From IMG/VR virus record IMGVR_UViG_3300044997_001199, positions 151,331 through 215,330 of that record: a DNA stretch of 64,000 bases; one strand, written 5' to 3'. The notes under the pieces were generated by a model. That model was not told the origin of the DNA, made no database searches, and worked only from the letters and a program-made list of their open reading frames with translations. The position numbers were made by a program, and so were the translations under genes. Positions 18,585-28,529 of the stretch are shown here, one piece after another (the stretch's first letter is position 1; the number at the start of each line of letters is the position of its first letter).

Positions 18585-20462
18585 CTAGGGATTGTTTCTT
18601 GCACGGTTCTTGGCTGTGAAATCAAATCGGTTGACGGCCTTGGCATAGCCCGCAGGTGTGCTCATGACCCAGCCTTCGTTGCCCGGACTCTGCTGATCCA
18701 GTTGTTCAAGCACTTGCATTTTGAGATCGTGCAACATCAAAAACAGTGCAAATGCCGCGATCATGCCGTCGGTGTTGGTCGTGGGCGACCGTAGATATTC
18801 CACAATGTTTTTGAATTTGCGTTCCGTGACACGTGTAGGCAACCATTGCAAAAAGCCCGACAGCAGATCGTTGAAGTTTCCGGTTCCGATCCGATGATTG
18901 ATGTAGTCAACGCATAGTCTTGCCAGATCCGTGAGTTGCTGCCGTCTCATCTCCACCGGATTGAACAAGGTATCAATGGCTGTGCCGTGTTGTCGCAGAG
19001 TCTGGCCGATGCGCTGTACCAATTTGCTGTCCACGCCCACGTTCTTGGCACGTATGGGCTCCAGTAACAACAGTCCCGGTACCTCATTGAATTTCACTCT
19101 GGCTATAGGCTGTTTGGGTTCACCCTGATCGGCATACATGCTGTGCATGGCTATGCCTGTTGTGCTATCGCCGATGCGTTGTCCCAGGGCAGATCTGGCT
19201 GGTATGCGATATTCCACGGTGTTGGGCTGAAACACATAGTTACCGGCCTGCAGCAGCGGCGTAGAAGTATACAATAGGTCGCCCTTGACATAACCACGGA
19301 AGTTGCTGGGGAGGCTTTGTTCCAACAAGGGGAACAGACTGGCGTACAATGCCATGAGTTCCCGGCGTTCGCCCGATCGCTGTTGTTGTATGCGAACCAT
19401 CATGGCCGGCGAAGTGGCCAGACCATCGTAACCGCGAGCTTCAAATCCCGAACCATCGGTCAGCACAAACTCACCGGTGGCCGGTTTGCGTCCAAATATC
19501 ACTGCTGGTTTTCCGTCCCACTTGACCGTGGTAGTGGCTGCGGGATCGTCGACCACGTCGTGGATGATCGCCAAGGCCTGCTCGACTCCGGCTGAGGCTC
19601 GGCGGAACACCAGGTCTTCGAGGTGCTCAATGCCCTTGGCACGACCGCCCACACCGGGTTCGATTTCTTCCAATATCGCGGTGTCTTCAACCAAGGCCTG
19701 CATGCCTTGGTTGACAATGCGATCTCGCAGTCGCGCAATGAAGCTGACATCTGTTTCCTGCACTTGTTCATCAAAGGGTATGCCTTCGCGTGCAGCATAG
19801 TCGCGAAAATCACGTAGTTTTTCTTCGCGACGAGGATCAGCGGCCAGTGCACGCACGATGCGCTCCACTGACGCAAGATCTTCGGCGGCTGCTTGACTGT
19901 GCAGCAATCGCTTGGCGATTTCTGCAGGATCATCAGTGATCACACGTTCAGTGGCACGGTCAACCAGACCGTGCGTGACACTGATCTTGTATCCCAGAGA
20001 CCTAGCCACACTGCTCAACAGCACGTTGCGAGTCGCGCCCTTGTAGGCCGACCCAGGATCCGCACGCATCATGAACTTGGAGTAAGTGGGTTTGGGCACA
20101 AACATGAAATCGGTCTGCACATAGCCGCGGCGTGGCTCGCCACCAATGGGTGTGAGGAAATGCACTGCGGTGCCTGACCGCCGGACCCACTCGCGAGGAT
20201 CTTGCCCTTGCTGACGAGCCCACTGTCCAAGTTGTTCAGCAAAGGTATTTTTGTCCACAGCTGTGCTGTCTACCGCAAGATCCAGATCGCCCGATGTAGG
20301 GCGAAGCCCAGTTGACCCTAGCATGTTGTTTTCTAGTTCAAGACCAGTGATAGATTCCAGCCAACGCACTGTGGACACGACATCGGCCAGGGCAATGCGC
20401 TGAGTGCGAGGTTGCCCTTTGGCATCTTTGAATACGTTGCCACCTTCGGCCAGCTGCATCAA
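18585..20462 (-). CDS. Pol-beta-type nucleotidyltransferase fused to an RNA-ligase-like (DUF6267-like) domain
   Basis: N-terminal MLGSTG.....GDLDL and VQTDF; C-terminal HLEDL, TVKWDG, VKGDLLY, EGWV, AKAVNR. Confidence 0.6.
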   Translation of the reverse strand: MMQLAEGGNVFKDAKGQPRTQRIALADVVSTVRWLESITGLELENNMLGSTGLRPTSGDLDLAVDSTAVDKNTFAEQLGQWARQQGQDPREWVRRSGTAVHFLTPIGGEPRRGYVQTDFMFVPKPTYSKFMMRADPGSAYKGATRNVLLSSVARSLGYKISVTHGLVDRATERVITDDPAEIAKRLLHSQAAAEDLASVERIVRALAADPRREEKLRDFRDYAAREGIPFDEQVQETDVSFIARLRDRIVNQGMQALVEDTAILEEIEPGVGGRAKGIEHLEDLVFRRASAGVEQALAIIHDVVDDPAATTTVKWDGKPAVIFGRKPATGEFVLTDGSGFEARGYDGLATSPAMMVRIQQQRSGERRELMALYASLFPLLEQSLPSNFRGYVKGDLLYTSTPLLQAGNYVFQPNTVEYRIPARSALGQRIGDSTTGIAMHSMYADQGEPKQPIARVKFNEVPGLLLLEPIRAKNVGVDSKLVQRIGQTLRQHGTAIDTLFNPVEMRRQQLTDLARLCVDYINHRIGTGNFNDLLSGFLQWLPTRVTERKFKNIVEYLRSPTTNTDGMIAAFALFLMLHDLKMQVLEQLDQQSPGNEGWVMSTPAGYAKAVNRFDFTAKNRARNNP

Positions 20463-21187
20463 ATCTTGCCCTGTCTACGCAACGTGGCAATAATCTGTGC
20501 GTTTTTGGGGTCAGCCGGATCCAACATTTCTCCTCCTATGGAAATCTGACCACCGGACTGTACTGTGACCCGAGGAGCTCCAGCCCGTTGGCGGCGCGGA
20601 GGCGACTGAAATGTTGCTAGGCTAGCTATGGTATAAAGTTTTTCTGCAGTGGTTTGCCACAAGCGAGAAAGTTTGGCCTGCTGAGCGTTTGAAGGTTCTG
20701 TGGCCACTGTGGCCAGTATGGTACCCATCGCGGTTTCCAGTTCTCGAACTGCATCAAGAGCTACTTTTGCTCCTTTGCCGCCATAGGCCTGAGGGTCGAC
20801 CAATTTTGAAATTTCTCGGTAATCTTGTAATTCATCGTTGGACATCTTGTTCAGCGTGGAATTAAGTTGTGACACCAGGACACGCTTCAGTTGATCTCGA
20901 GGTATGTCCTTGACGCTGGTCACTCCGCGAGAACTGTAGGCTTGTGTCATGGCCTGTTGTATGGCCTGGCTCCACCCTGCATTGAGACTCTGTGCTATCT
21001 GATTGACCAGGGGCGCACTGGCTTGTGCGGCCCGACTTTGGGGATCAATGGCGAATCCCGGTGCATTTGAAGGTTGCGTGATACCTGCGGTACCGGCCTT
21101 CTGCGCCAGACGATTGACCGCACCTTGAAGGAACGATGATTGTGCACCTGGGTTGGTAAAGACATTGACAATTTCATTGATCAGCAT
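20459..21187 (-). CDS. Hypothetical protein (possible head-internal)
   Basis: 242 aa Q/A-rich, starts MLINEI. Confidence 0.6.
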   Translation of the reverse strand: MLINEIVNVFTNPGAQSSFLQGAVNRLAQKAGTAGITQPSNAPGFAIDPQSRAAQASAPLVNQIAQSLNAGWSQAIQQAMTQAYSSRGVTSVKDIPRDQLKRVLVSQLNSTLNKMSNDELQDYREISKLVDPQAYGGKGAKVALDAVRELETAMGTILATVATEPSNAQQAKLSRLWQTTAEKLYTIASLATFQSPPRRQRAGAPRVTVQSGGQISIGGEMLDPADPKNAQIIATLRRQGKI

Positions 21188-21422
21188 GCACTCTCCTCAC
21201 TGATCTGATGAATTTGCCTGGTTCTTTCATGCGCATGGCATTGAGAAGTTTGCGAGTGAGAATTTCTGCCTGCTCGGGAGAATATTCAGACTCGATCTGT
21301 TCGATCAAGCGTATGGCAGCATCAATGAGATTGTTGGCTCGGCTTTCGATCAAAAGCCGGCGGTCACGCTCGACGTAGAGGCTGTCCAGTTCTTCTAGTA
21401 TGCTGCGAGTCTTTTTTTGCAT
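21174..21422 (-). CDS. Small conserved-looking phage protein
   Basis: MQKKTRSILEELD..., TAAATA at 21442-21447; truncated paralog at 24494. Confidence 0.7.
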   Translation of the reverse strand: MQKKTRSILEELDSLYVERDRRLLIESRANNLIDAAIRLIEQIESEYSPEQAEILTRKLLNAMRMKEPGKFIRSVRRVHADQ

Positions 21423-21496
21423 GTGATAGATCTTGGTGTATTATTTAGCGGCATGGCTTTTTCAATAAATATCTACTAGATGAGCAAGGATCACCA

Positions 21497-22945
21497 ATGA
21501 CCAGTCAGATCAACCCCAACAACATCGATGGTAATTATCCTGTGGCCGGTGTGTCAAACAACACCCAGGGCATGCGCGACAACTTTACCAACACCCGTAC
21601 CAACTTTCAGTATGCGGCCAACGAGATTACCGAACTGCGACAAAAGACTGTGTTGAAAACAGCCATCACTGGTAGCACGCTGGACAACAACATGAATGAC
21701 AACCTACTGTATGCCGTACAGTTGAAGGATGTCAGTTATACCCAGATCACGGTGGCCACTACCGCAGGCACAGTCAATCTAGATTATGCTGCTGGCATGT
21801 ATCAACAGGTCAATACCACAGGATCCATCAGTCTGGCCTTTGCCGGCTGGCCTGTGGCCGGAACCGTTGGCACCCTGACAGTGAGCATCAGCATTACCGA
21901 CACTGCATTCACAGTGACCTTGCCTGCTGCTGTGAGTCAGGGACTGCTGGGGCTCGAAGGTGTGACTCCCGGCGGCGCTGGGGTCACCAACACCATTACT
22001 TTTGGCCAGATTGGCAATTTTGTATTTGAATTTGTCACTGCCGATGCCGGAGAAACCATAACAATCGTCGATCAATCGCGACCGCGCACAGTGTATACCT
22101 CGCCCATAGCAATCACATCTGAAGCCGTGAGCACGTCCACTGCGACCGGTGCTCTCACCGTGGACGGCGGAGTGGGCGTGTCGGGCGACCTCTATGTGGG
22201 CGGCGACATCGTAGGAAACATCGTGGTCACTGGTATCAGTCTCACTGGCACGGTCACAGGCGGCAACGTGATTTCTCAAGGGGTCGTGACTGCAACTGGA
22301 AACATTTTGGGCGGCAACATGATTTCTCTAGGCACTGTGACTGCTGCTGGCAATGTCACTGCCACTGGTCTGCGAGCACAGACTCTGAGTCTCACCGGCA
22401 ACATACTGTCGGCTGCCAATGTCACTGGCAATGTCAACGGTGGCAATCTACGCACCGATGGCCTGATGTCCGTGGCTGGCAATGTCACTGGTGGCAATCT
22501 CCGCACCGCAGGATTGGTCACTGCCACGGGCAATGTCACTGGTGGCAACATGATCACCACCGGATTGATCTCAGCTGCCGATGCCATCACTTCGTCGGGT
22601 GCCACCGCAGGAGTGGGCTACAGAACCGGTGCTGGCGGCACAGTGTCACAGTCAACTTCCAAGAGCACCGCAGTCACGCTCAACCGTGTCTGCGGCGAAA
22701 TCACCATGAATGGTGCACAGTTGAACGGCGACAGCACAGTGAGTTTCACGCTCAACAATACTGCCGTGGCCAACACCGATGTGATCATAGTCAATCAAGT
22801 GGGCGGCGGCAACATTGGCGAATATGCATTCAATGGCAGCTGCGGCGCCGGCAGCGCAGAAATTTCAGTGCATAACATGACCGATGTCAATCGGTCCGAT
22901 GCCATCGTGTTGAGATTCGTCGTAGTCAAGGCCGCGATCAATTGA
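21497..22945 (+). CDS. Tail fibre-like structural protein with (V/A)TATGNVTGGN repeats
   Basis: G/T/V/N-rich, STATGALTVDGGVGVSGDLYVGG motif, repeated GNVTGGN; TAAATA at 21466-21471. Confidence 0.75.
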   Translation: MTSQINPNNIDGNYPVAGVSNNTQGMRDNFTNTRTNFQYAANEITELRQKTVLKTAITGSTLDNNMNDNLLYAVQLKDVSYTQITVATTAGTVNLDYAAGMYQQVNTTGSISLAFAGWPVAGTVGTLTVSISITDTAFTVTLPAAVSQGLLGLEGVTPGGAGVTNTITFGQIGNFVFEFVTADAGETITIVDQSRPRTVYTSPIAITSEAVSTSTATGALTVDGGVGVSGDLYVGGDIVGNIVVTGISLTGTVTGGNVISQGVVTATGNILGGNMISLGTVTAAGNVTATGLRAQTLSLTGNILSAANVTGNVNGGNLRTDGLMSVAGNVTGGNLRTAGLVTATGNVTGGNMITTGLISAADAITSSGATAGVGYRTGAGGTVSQSTSKSTAVTLNRVCGEITMNGAQLNGDSTVSFTLNNTAVANTDVIIVNQVGGGNIGEYAFNGSCGAGSAEISVHNMTDVNRSDAIVLRFVVVKAAIN

Positions 22946-23113
22946 TCGCGCCACTAATGTTGTATAGCCAATAGCCGCAGATGACACGGATAAAACCTCC
23001 TCCGCCCAGTGGGAACGAGCTGCAGGAACTCCGGCCTGGGAACAACCTGCCCGTGTCACAGCAGATATACAAAGCGCCAAGCTAAAACAGTTACTGGGAC
23101 AAATAAAACAATC

Positions 23114-23767
23114 ATGAATTTGATCTGTTTTCCACACTACACCTGTGGCGGCCTGTTGTGCGATGTGCTCAATGAAACCTGGAGCGATATTGCACCCAAT
23201 GGTGGGATCGACTCCATACATCACAGCCTGGGCAAAATCGGAGATGACGACACAGTTTTGACCAACTATGATCCGCAACAGCTGATCGATGGTTTGAAAA
23301 ATCTACAGTGCAGTGACCATACTTGGATAGGCACACACTGCTGGCCCGGCAAACTGGATTTTGGCCTGTTTGATCAAGTCATTGCGGTCACAACTACCAC
23401 ATTCCGCAGCAAACTTTATCGTTGGGTCAGAGCATATCATCATTATTATCATGACTCAGAACCCTGGACACAGACCCGGGCACAGGCCCGCATTGACAAA
23501 GAAAGAGAAACTGCCAAAAACTATGTCATAGCATTTGAACCGGTCAGTCATGCCTGTGTGACCAACATAGAGTTTGCAGAAATAGTGGACACCACAACTC
23601 AGTTCCGTAAACTGGTGGGCCAACATCCTGTTGACCAGCATGTTGCTCGATGGCAAAATATCAACAGTTTTTTATACCGTCCTGATCTATGGACCAGTAC
23701 AGCAGCACAGCGTTTTTACGAAGCAGAGTTAGAAATCAATCTGCGGCAACACTATGTCTACCAATAA
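23114..23767 (+). CDS. Hypothetical protein, possible P-loop sulfotransferase-like fold
   Basis: N-terminal LICFPHYTCGGLL; start placed at MNLICF. Confidence 0.45.
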   Translation: MNLICFPHYTCGGLLCDVLNETWSDIAPNGGIDSIHHSLGKIGDDDTVLTNYDPQQLIDGLKNLQCSDHTWIGTHCWPGKLDFGLFDQVIAVTTTTFRSKLYRWVRAYHHYYHDSEPWTQTRAQARIDKERETAKNYVIAFEPVSHACVTNIEFAEIVDTTTQFRKLVGQHPVDQHVARWQNINSFLYRPDLWTSTAAQRFYEAELEINLRQHYVYQ

Positions 23768-24449
23768 AATTTTTTGTTTCGGAGACGGGTATGCACACGG
23801 TCACATTTGGCCAGAATGGCCACAAATTTTACAGGCCTTGTTGCCCTATCATGACATAGTGACACACTCCGGAGTAGGAGCCGGCAATGAATTCCTGATA
23901 GATCGTCTGTTGACTTCACCCTGTGCCAACAGCACCGTGATTTTTCAATGGGCAAAATCACAAAGATTTGACAAGCTCATACAAGATCAACCCTGGAAAG
24001 ATCTAGCACTGCAAGACCCTGTGTATTTTTTCAACTTTGAAGAATCCCCGTCGGGCACCTGGTGGTTGTCCAGTGGCACACAAAATCGCAAAATCCGGGA
24101 ATACCATGATTTTTTTGTACAGGACCAGCAGGCCAATCTGCGCACACACAATCAAAAAATACTGCTGGAAAATTATCTACAAAATCAACGTTGCCGTTAT
24201 TGGTTTACCAGCACCCTGGAACAGGAAATATTCTCTAGAAAACATGCGTTGCGAGGTCCAGAAATCCAGCCCAGTCCTATATCTCATTTTTATTTTGTAG
24301 TAGACTGCATAAAGCCTGCTTTAGATCTGAGATTTGAACCAGGCAGACAACAAAAATTACAAACTCTGTTGCAAAACACTGTTTGGACACCCTTCGACCC
24401 AGATAGACAGTCAATTTGGCAAAAGATCTGCACACAGATTGGCCAGTGA
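23754..24449 (+). CDS. SGNH/GDSL-like hydrolase homolog
   Basis: IFCFGDGYAHG (block I with Ser->Gly), WP..L, GAGNEF, C-terminal QPSP..H. Confidence 0.5.
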   Translation: MSTNKIFCFGDGYAHGHIWPEWPQILQALLPYHDIVTHSGVGAGNEFLIDRLLTSPCANSTVIFQWAKSQRFDKLIQDQPWKDLALQDPVYFFNFEESPSGTWWLSSGTQNRKIREYHDFFVQDQQANLRTHNQKILLENYLQNQRCRYWFTSTLEQEIFSRKHALRGPEIQPSPISHFYFVVDCIKPALDLRFEPGRQQKLQTLLQNTVWTPFDPDRQSIWQKICTQIGQ

Positions 24450-24493
24450 TAGCAAGTCATTGTCCATAAATAATAAAAAGGTACTAACCTAAC

Positions 24494-24616
24494 ATGCAGA
24501 AAAAGACTCGCAGTCTACTTGAAGAACTTGATGCCATGTACGTCCATCGCGACCGGCGCCATGTGATCGAAAGCCGCGCAGCCAATCTATTGCTATACAG
24601 TTACGTTGATGGTTAG
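24494..24616 (+). pseudogene. Truncated inverted paralog of 21174..21422
   Basis: MQKKTRSLLEELDAMYVHRDRRHVIESRAANL then unrelated tail and stop at 40 aa; retains TAAATA at 24467-24472. Confidence 0.85.
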
Positions 24617-24664
24617 CAAAATACCATCCGGCACGGTCAATACAAAAATATTTTTTATCTTTCA

Positions 24665-26050
24665 TTACGATTTAATTTGATTCAATAGTTGTTTGAGTTT
24701 GTTTGACTGTACTTCTGCTGTGATCTTGGGCGTATCTTTGGCAGTTTCTTGCATGGTGCTACGTGCCTTGATCGACTCCATTATGGCCGATGCAGGATTT
24801 CTGGCGTGGCCTTCTTGTGCTTCCTCGCCGAGATCAGTGATACGCATGGTTTCGACGTTGTATTCTAGATCGATCTTCTGGCCCACGCCGGTCGAGCTGC
24901 GCGATTTCATGCACTGAATCTGATAGCGGCCACGCTCGCGCATGGCACGACTGGTAAAGATACCAAACACATTGTCTGCGGTGTTGATCTTGCTGATACC
25001 GCCCGAAATATGACTGTGGTCAAACTCAATCTCTTCCACCGCAGATCGATTCAATTGACTGGCAGTCACAAACAACACATTGAGTTCTTTGGCCAGATTT
25101 CTCAGTTCTTCACTTACATACTTGTCTTTGACAAATAGGTCATTGGGCGATACCTTGGCTGACACCGGCATCAAGAGATCCAGATAGTCAACCATGACAA
25201 AGTCCACACGGATACCTGTCTGTATCTGCAGCTCCTTGAGATAACTGCGGATATCATTTACTGTGCTTTGTGCAGACAAGGCCTTGACTCGATATTGCCC
25301 GGCTTTTTTGGCTACCAGTCGAACTTTGAGTTCTGTGGTATCGATATCTTTGCGAATATCTTTGGTTGACATATTAGTCAGCATGGCATCGGTTCTCAGT
25401 GCACACAGTTCTTCGCTGAGTTCCAAACTTACATACACCCCCGACAGGCCCTGCTGCAACCAATTCAATGCCAGGTTCAGCATTACCAGGCTTTTGCCCG
25501 ATCCTGACCCACCTGCAAAGATATTAAGTTCTCCGCGGCTGAATCCACCATAGAGTAACCGGTCCAGTGTAGACCATCCTGTGCTGACCTGACCACCAGA
25601 ATTGAAATATCGATTGATACGATCTCGGGGATCGGCCCAGTAGTCTGTGCCCATGTCCCGCGTGAGGCTGATTTGCACTGCATCTTTGATCAGTTTTTCT
25701 ACCGGGTCATATTCACCTTTTTCTAGCAGGTCCGCTGATTTGAGAATGGCTCGTTCCAGTTCCTGTCTACGTGTAAATGATTCAAACTCAGTGAGAAACC
25801 AATCAAAATGTCCTTCATTCAGATCGGGTATAGATTCTAATTTCGTACCAGTGGCTGCCGTGATCTGAGCGCGGTCAGGCATAGTGCGGAATTCGTCGCT
25901 GTGCCGTTGAATGAATCTAGCGGTATCGCGAAGGCTACGATCAAAATTGTCCGGATTGAAGATGTTTTGTACGCGCACGTAACTCTGTGCATCCTCTAGC
26001 ATCATCTCCAAAAACAATCGCTGAACATCAACTCCGTAATCTTTGAGCAA
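24665..26050 (-). CDS. Replicative DnaB-like helicase (T4 gp41-like)
   Basis: STGW..LD....GG, Walker A GGSGSGKS, VDYLDL, TASQLNR, KSR; TTG start assumed. Confidence 0.93.
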   Translation of the reverse strand: MLKDYGVDVQRLFLEMMLEDAQSYVRVQNIFNPDNFDRSLRDTARFIQRHSDEFRTMPDRAQITAATGTKLESIPDLNEGHFDWFLTEFESFTRRQELERAILKSADLLEKGEYDPVEKLIKDAVQISLTRDMGTDYWADPRDRINRYFNSGGQVSTGWSTLDRLLYGGFSRGELNIFAGGSGSGKSLVMLNLALNWLQQGLSGVYVSLELSEELCALRTDAMLTNMSTKDIRKDIDTTELKVRLVAKKAGQYRVKALSAQSTVNDIRSYLKELQIQTGIRVDFVMVDYLDLLMPVSAKVSPNDLFVKDKYVSEELRNLAKELNVLFVTASQLNRSAVEEIEFDHSHISGGISKINTADNVFGIFTSRAMRERGRYQIQCMKSRSSTGVGQKIDLEYNVETMRITDLGEEAQEGHARNPASAIMESIKARSTMQETAKDTPKITAEVQSNKLKQLLNQIKS

Positions 26051-27035
26051 GCTGGCGCCTCCGTAGTTCAATTTTGATCCGGCTGGTTTCCCGGGCCTGC
26101 ATTATAGTTAGCACAGTGGCCAACTGGCCCCAACGAACCACTGCATCATTGACATCCTTGACATCGCTGGGCCAGTCAGGCATTGATACTGCCCATCCCA
26201 GTTCTATGGCCCGATCCACCAGGCGCAGGCCGGCTTCGTCCTGGTCTGGCACCACAGTGATCGCACGGTCCAGACTGCGGATCAATCGTGCCTGTGTGTC
26301 GGAAATATCAGCATGAAGCACTGCTAGCCCCGACACGCTCAAGGCATCAAACACACCCTCGGTCACGATCACATGTTTCCAGGTCGGGCGTTGTAGGTCT
26401 GTGCCAAACACATAACCAGGCTGGATGTCGTGGATGTACTTGGGTGTGCGGTCGTCCAACATGCGCGAACTGTAACCCACTATGACATTGTCATAGGTAA
26501 ATGGCACTATGACCTGGGGACGGGTCCAATGCACACCGTCGTTTTTCTTCACGTAACCAAACCGGACAGTCATGAGCGGATAATCCGCGGGCACTGCACG
26601 GCGTCTTGCATAGTGCCACTCTGCTTCGTGCTCGGGTGTCAGCAGCTCGGCACCAGGAGGCAAATCGCGTTCCTCAAAACGGATGCTTTGCGACTCGTTG
26701 GCTGTGCGTTGCCGATCGTCCAGGATGCCCTGGACATCCCGATGTCGCAGACTTTCCAGATTGGCGCGTTCAATTTCTTCCTGCGGTACTCCCAACCATG
26801 ACAGCAGCCGACGAGACTTGAAACTTAGTGTCCGACCTTGTATAAAGTTAGCGGTATATCCACAATTGAAACAATGATACCCCCACCCCCGATCGGACAC
26901 CTTGATTCCACCGCGGCTGCGCCGATCAGCCGAAGTGCCGTTGTGCACACAACAAGGAGCATCAAAACTGATCCAACCGCTGGCCGAGGCCTTGCGGCGC
27001 GCAGGAACATAGGTTAGAATATCTAACATGTCCAT
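26028..27035 (-). CDS. DNA primase (zinc ribbon + TOPRIM, T4 gp61-like)
   Basis: PCC...YHCFNCG, VTEGVFDA, VPDQDEAG, KDVND. Confidence 0.9.
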   Translation of the reverse strand: MDMLDILTYVPARRKASASGWISFDAPCCVHNGTSADRRSRGGIKVSDRGWGYHCFNCGYTANFIQGRTLSFKSRRLLSWLGVPQEEIERANLESLRHRDVQGILDDRQRTANESQSIRFEERDLPPGAELLTPEHEAEWHYARRRAVPADYPLMTVRFGYVKKNDGVHWTRPQVIVPFTYDNVIVGYSSRMLDDRTPKYIHDIQPGYVFGTDLQRPTWKHVIVTEGVFDALSVSGLAVLHADISDTQARLIRSLDRAITVVPDQDEAGLRLVDRAIELGWAVSMPDWPSDVKDVNDAVVRWGQLATVLTIMQARETSRIKIELRRRQLAQRLRS

Positions 27036-27060
27036 ATTGTAACAGAACTCAAATCAACGA

Positions 27061-28131
27061 TCAACGGTATTGGAGATTGGTAATCGTGCCGTTGTCGATG
27101 TAGACTGTGGCCGTTTGTGTGCCTTGAAACTGTATGGGAGTGTAGCCCGATCCACCATCCGTGATAGTGATAGTGCTCACAGCGCCGTCGCTGCCGATGG
27201 TGGCTCGAGCACGAGCACCTGCCCCGTTGCCTAGAATCTGTACCCTGGGATTGGCCACATAATTTTGTCCAAGATTGCCCAGAGCAATGGAGGTCACCGC
27301 ACCGGCTGTGGTCGTGGCCGTGGCCGTGGCTCCAGACCCAATGGAATTGTTGAATGCTGCTCGAATCAAGGGATGGAATCCCTGTATGTTAAAATATTGT
27401 GTGCTGGTCTCTGCAAAGTATTCAAAACTTTCAGTAATGTCGTACCAAACAGATTCACAGTTTTCTGCGCCTTGAAATTTCACAGTACCGGTAAATGTGT
27501 CAAGATCCATCTTTACGGTGGTCAGACTCTGATGACTGGTATCTATGTAACTGCTGTAGAATTCTGTGAGTTGAGTGGTATTGACCGGGGGTGGATAGTT
27601 GGCCCAGTCTGGCCAGTTGGTGGGGCCGGGCTGCAGTTGTTGAGCCTTGTCATAGATAGTGGGAATTGTCAAGACCGCGCTGGGCACAAACTCGGGCAAC
27701 ACACTGTCCACGATGTCGCAGTAGCCTCGGGCCTGTGAATTGGCATTGACATACACTGCCTGCACATAGTTGCCGCTGGTTCGTTCAACACTGTAACTGG
27801 CCGGCTGAGCAGTGATTTCAATGGTGTCGGCGGTATCCAGTACTACCTTGACACGCCCAGTGGGTGCATTGAGTATTTCCATGGGCTTTTCTATCAAGAG
27901 GCGATCGCCGTTTTGGCTCAGTAAACGGAACACAAAAGAACTGCCGGTAATATTCACTGGCTTCTGATCTTGATTGATGAACTCAAACAACAACACATTG
28001 TCTACACCTTTGTTTACAGTCAAATATTTTGCGTACACCGGGTCATACCTCGCAGTAAAGTATCCACCGCTGGTGTCGATCAATAATACTCGAACAATTT
28101 GTTGGTATAAGTAAGCAGTGGTAGAATACAT
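27061..28131 (-). CDS. Virion structural protein (baseplate/tail-associated)
   Basis: FINQDQKPVNIT, C-terminal G.GATATA..GAVTSI...N.GQNY...P.V.I.G.GAGA repeat typical of tail proteins; TAAATA upstream. Confidence 0.6.
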   Translation of the reverse strand: MYSTTAYLYQQIVRVLLIDTSGGYFTARYDPVYAKYLTVNKGVDNVLLFEFINQDQKPVNITGSSFVFRLLSQNGDRLLIEKPMEILNAPTGRVKVVLDTADTIEITAQPASYSVERTSGNYVQAVYVNANSQARGYCDIVDSVLPEFVPSAVLTIPTIYDKAQQLQPGPTNWPDWANYPPPVNTTQLTEFYSSYIDTSHQSLTTVKMDLDTFTGTVKFQGAENCESVWYDITESFEYFAETSTQYFNIQGFHPLIRAAFNNSIGSGATATATTTAGAVTSIALGNLGQNYVANPRVQILGNGAGARARATIGSDGAVSTITITDGGSGYTPIQFQGTQTATVYIDNGTITNLQYR

Positions 28132-28151
28132 AGGAACCTCAACAGATATTT

Positions 28152-28529
28152 ATGAGCAACACAGTGTTTGATAAGCTAGCGGAAAAGTATCCATTTATCT
28201 CACTGTGCGTCTACGCCAATGTTGAGTATGTGGGTGTGATACAGAATCGAGACGATGCTGTGACCACGATCTATGACTACGGTTCAGTGATCACAGCCCA
28301 AGACAAATTGGATTTCCTGGAACTGGCTGCAGTATGGTGGTGGGATTCCAATAGATCCATACCCATAAACATTTTTCTCAAGGGAGAATGGGATCGTTTT
28401 CGATTTACTCTCCGAACATTTAGCAACAAGGATCTTGCTATAGTCCATGGACCTGTGTGCAGCCTGGCTGATATTTCTCGCAAAAAGTCCAAACGCAAAT
28501 CAATCATGCTGGTCCGTAGAATTGAGTAG
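28152..28529 (+). CDS. Hypothetical phage protein
   Basis: EYVGVIQN, WWWDSNRSIPINIFLK, basic tail. Confidence 0.65.
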   Translation: MSNTVFDKLAEKYPFISLCVYANVEYVGVIQNRDDAVTTIYDYGSVITAQDKLDFLELAAVWWWDSNRSIPINIFLKGEWDRFRFTLRTFSNKDLAIVHGPVCSLADISRKKSKRKSIMLVRRIE

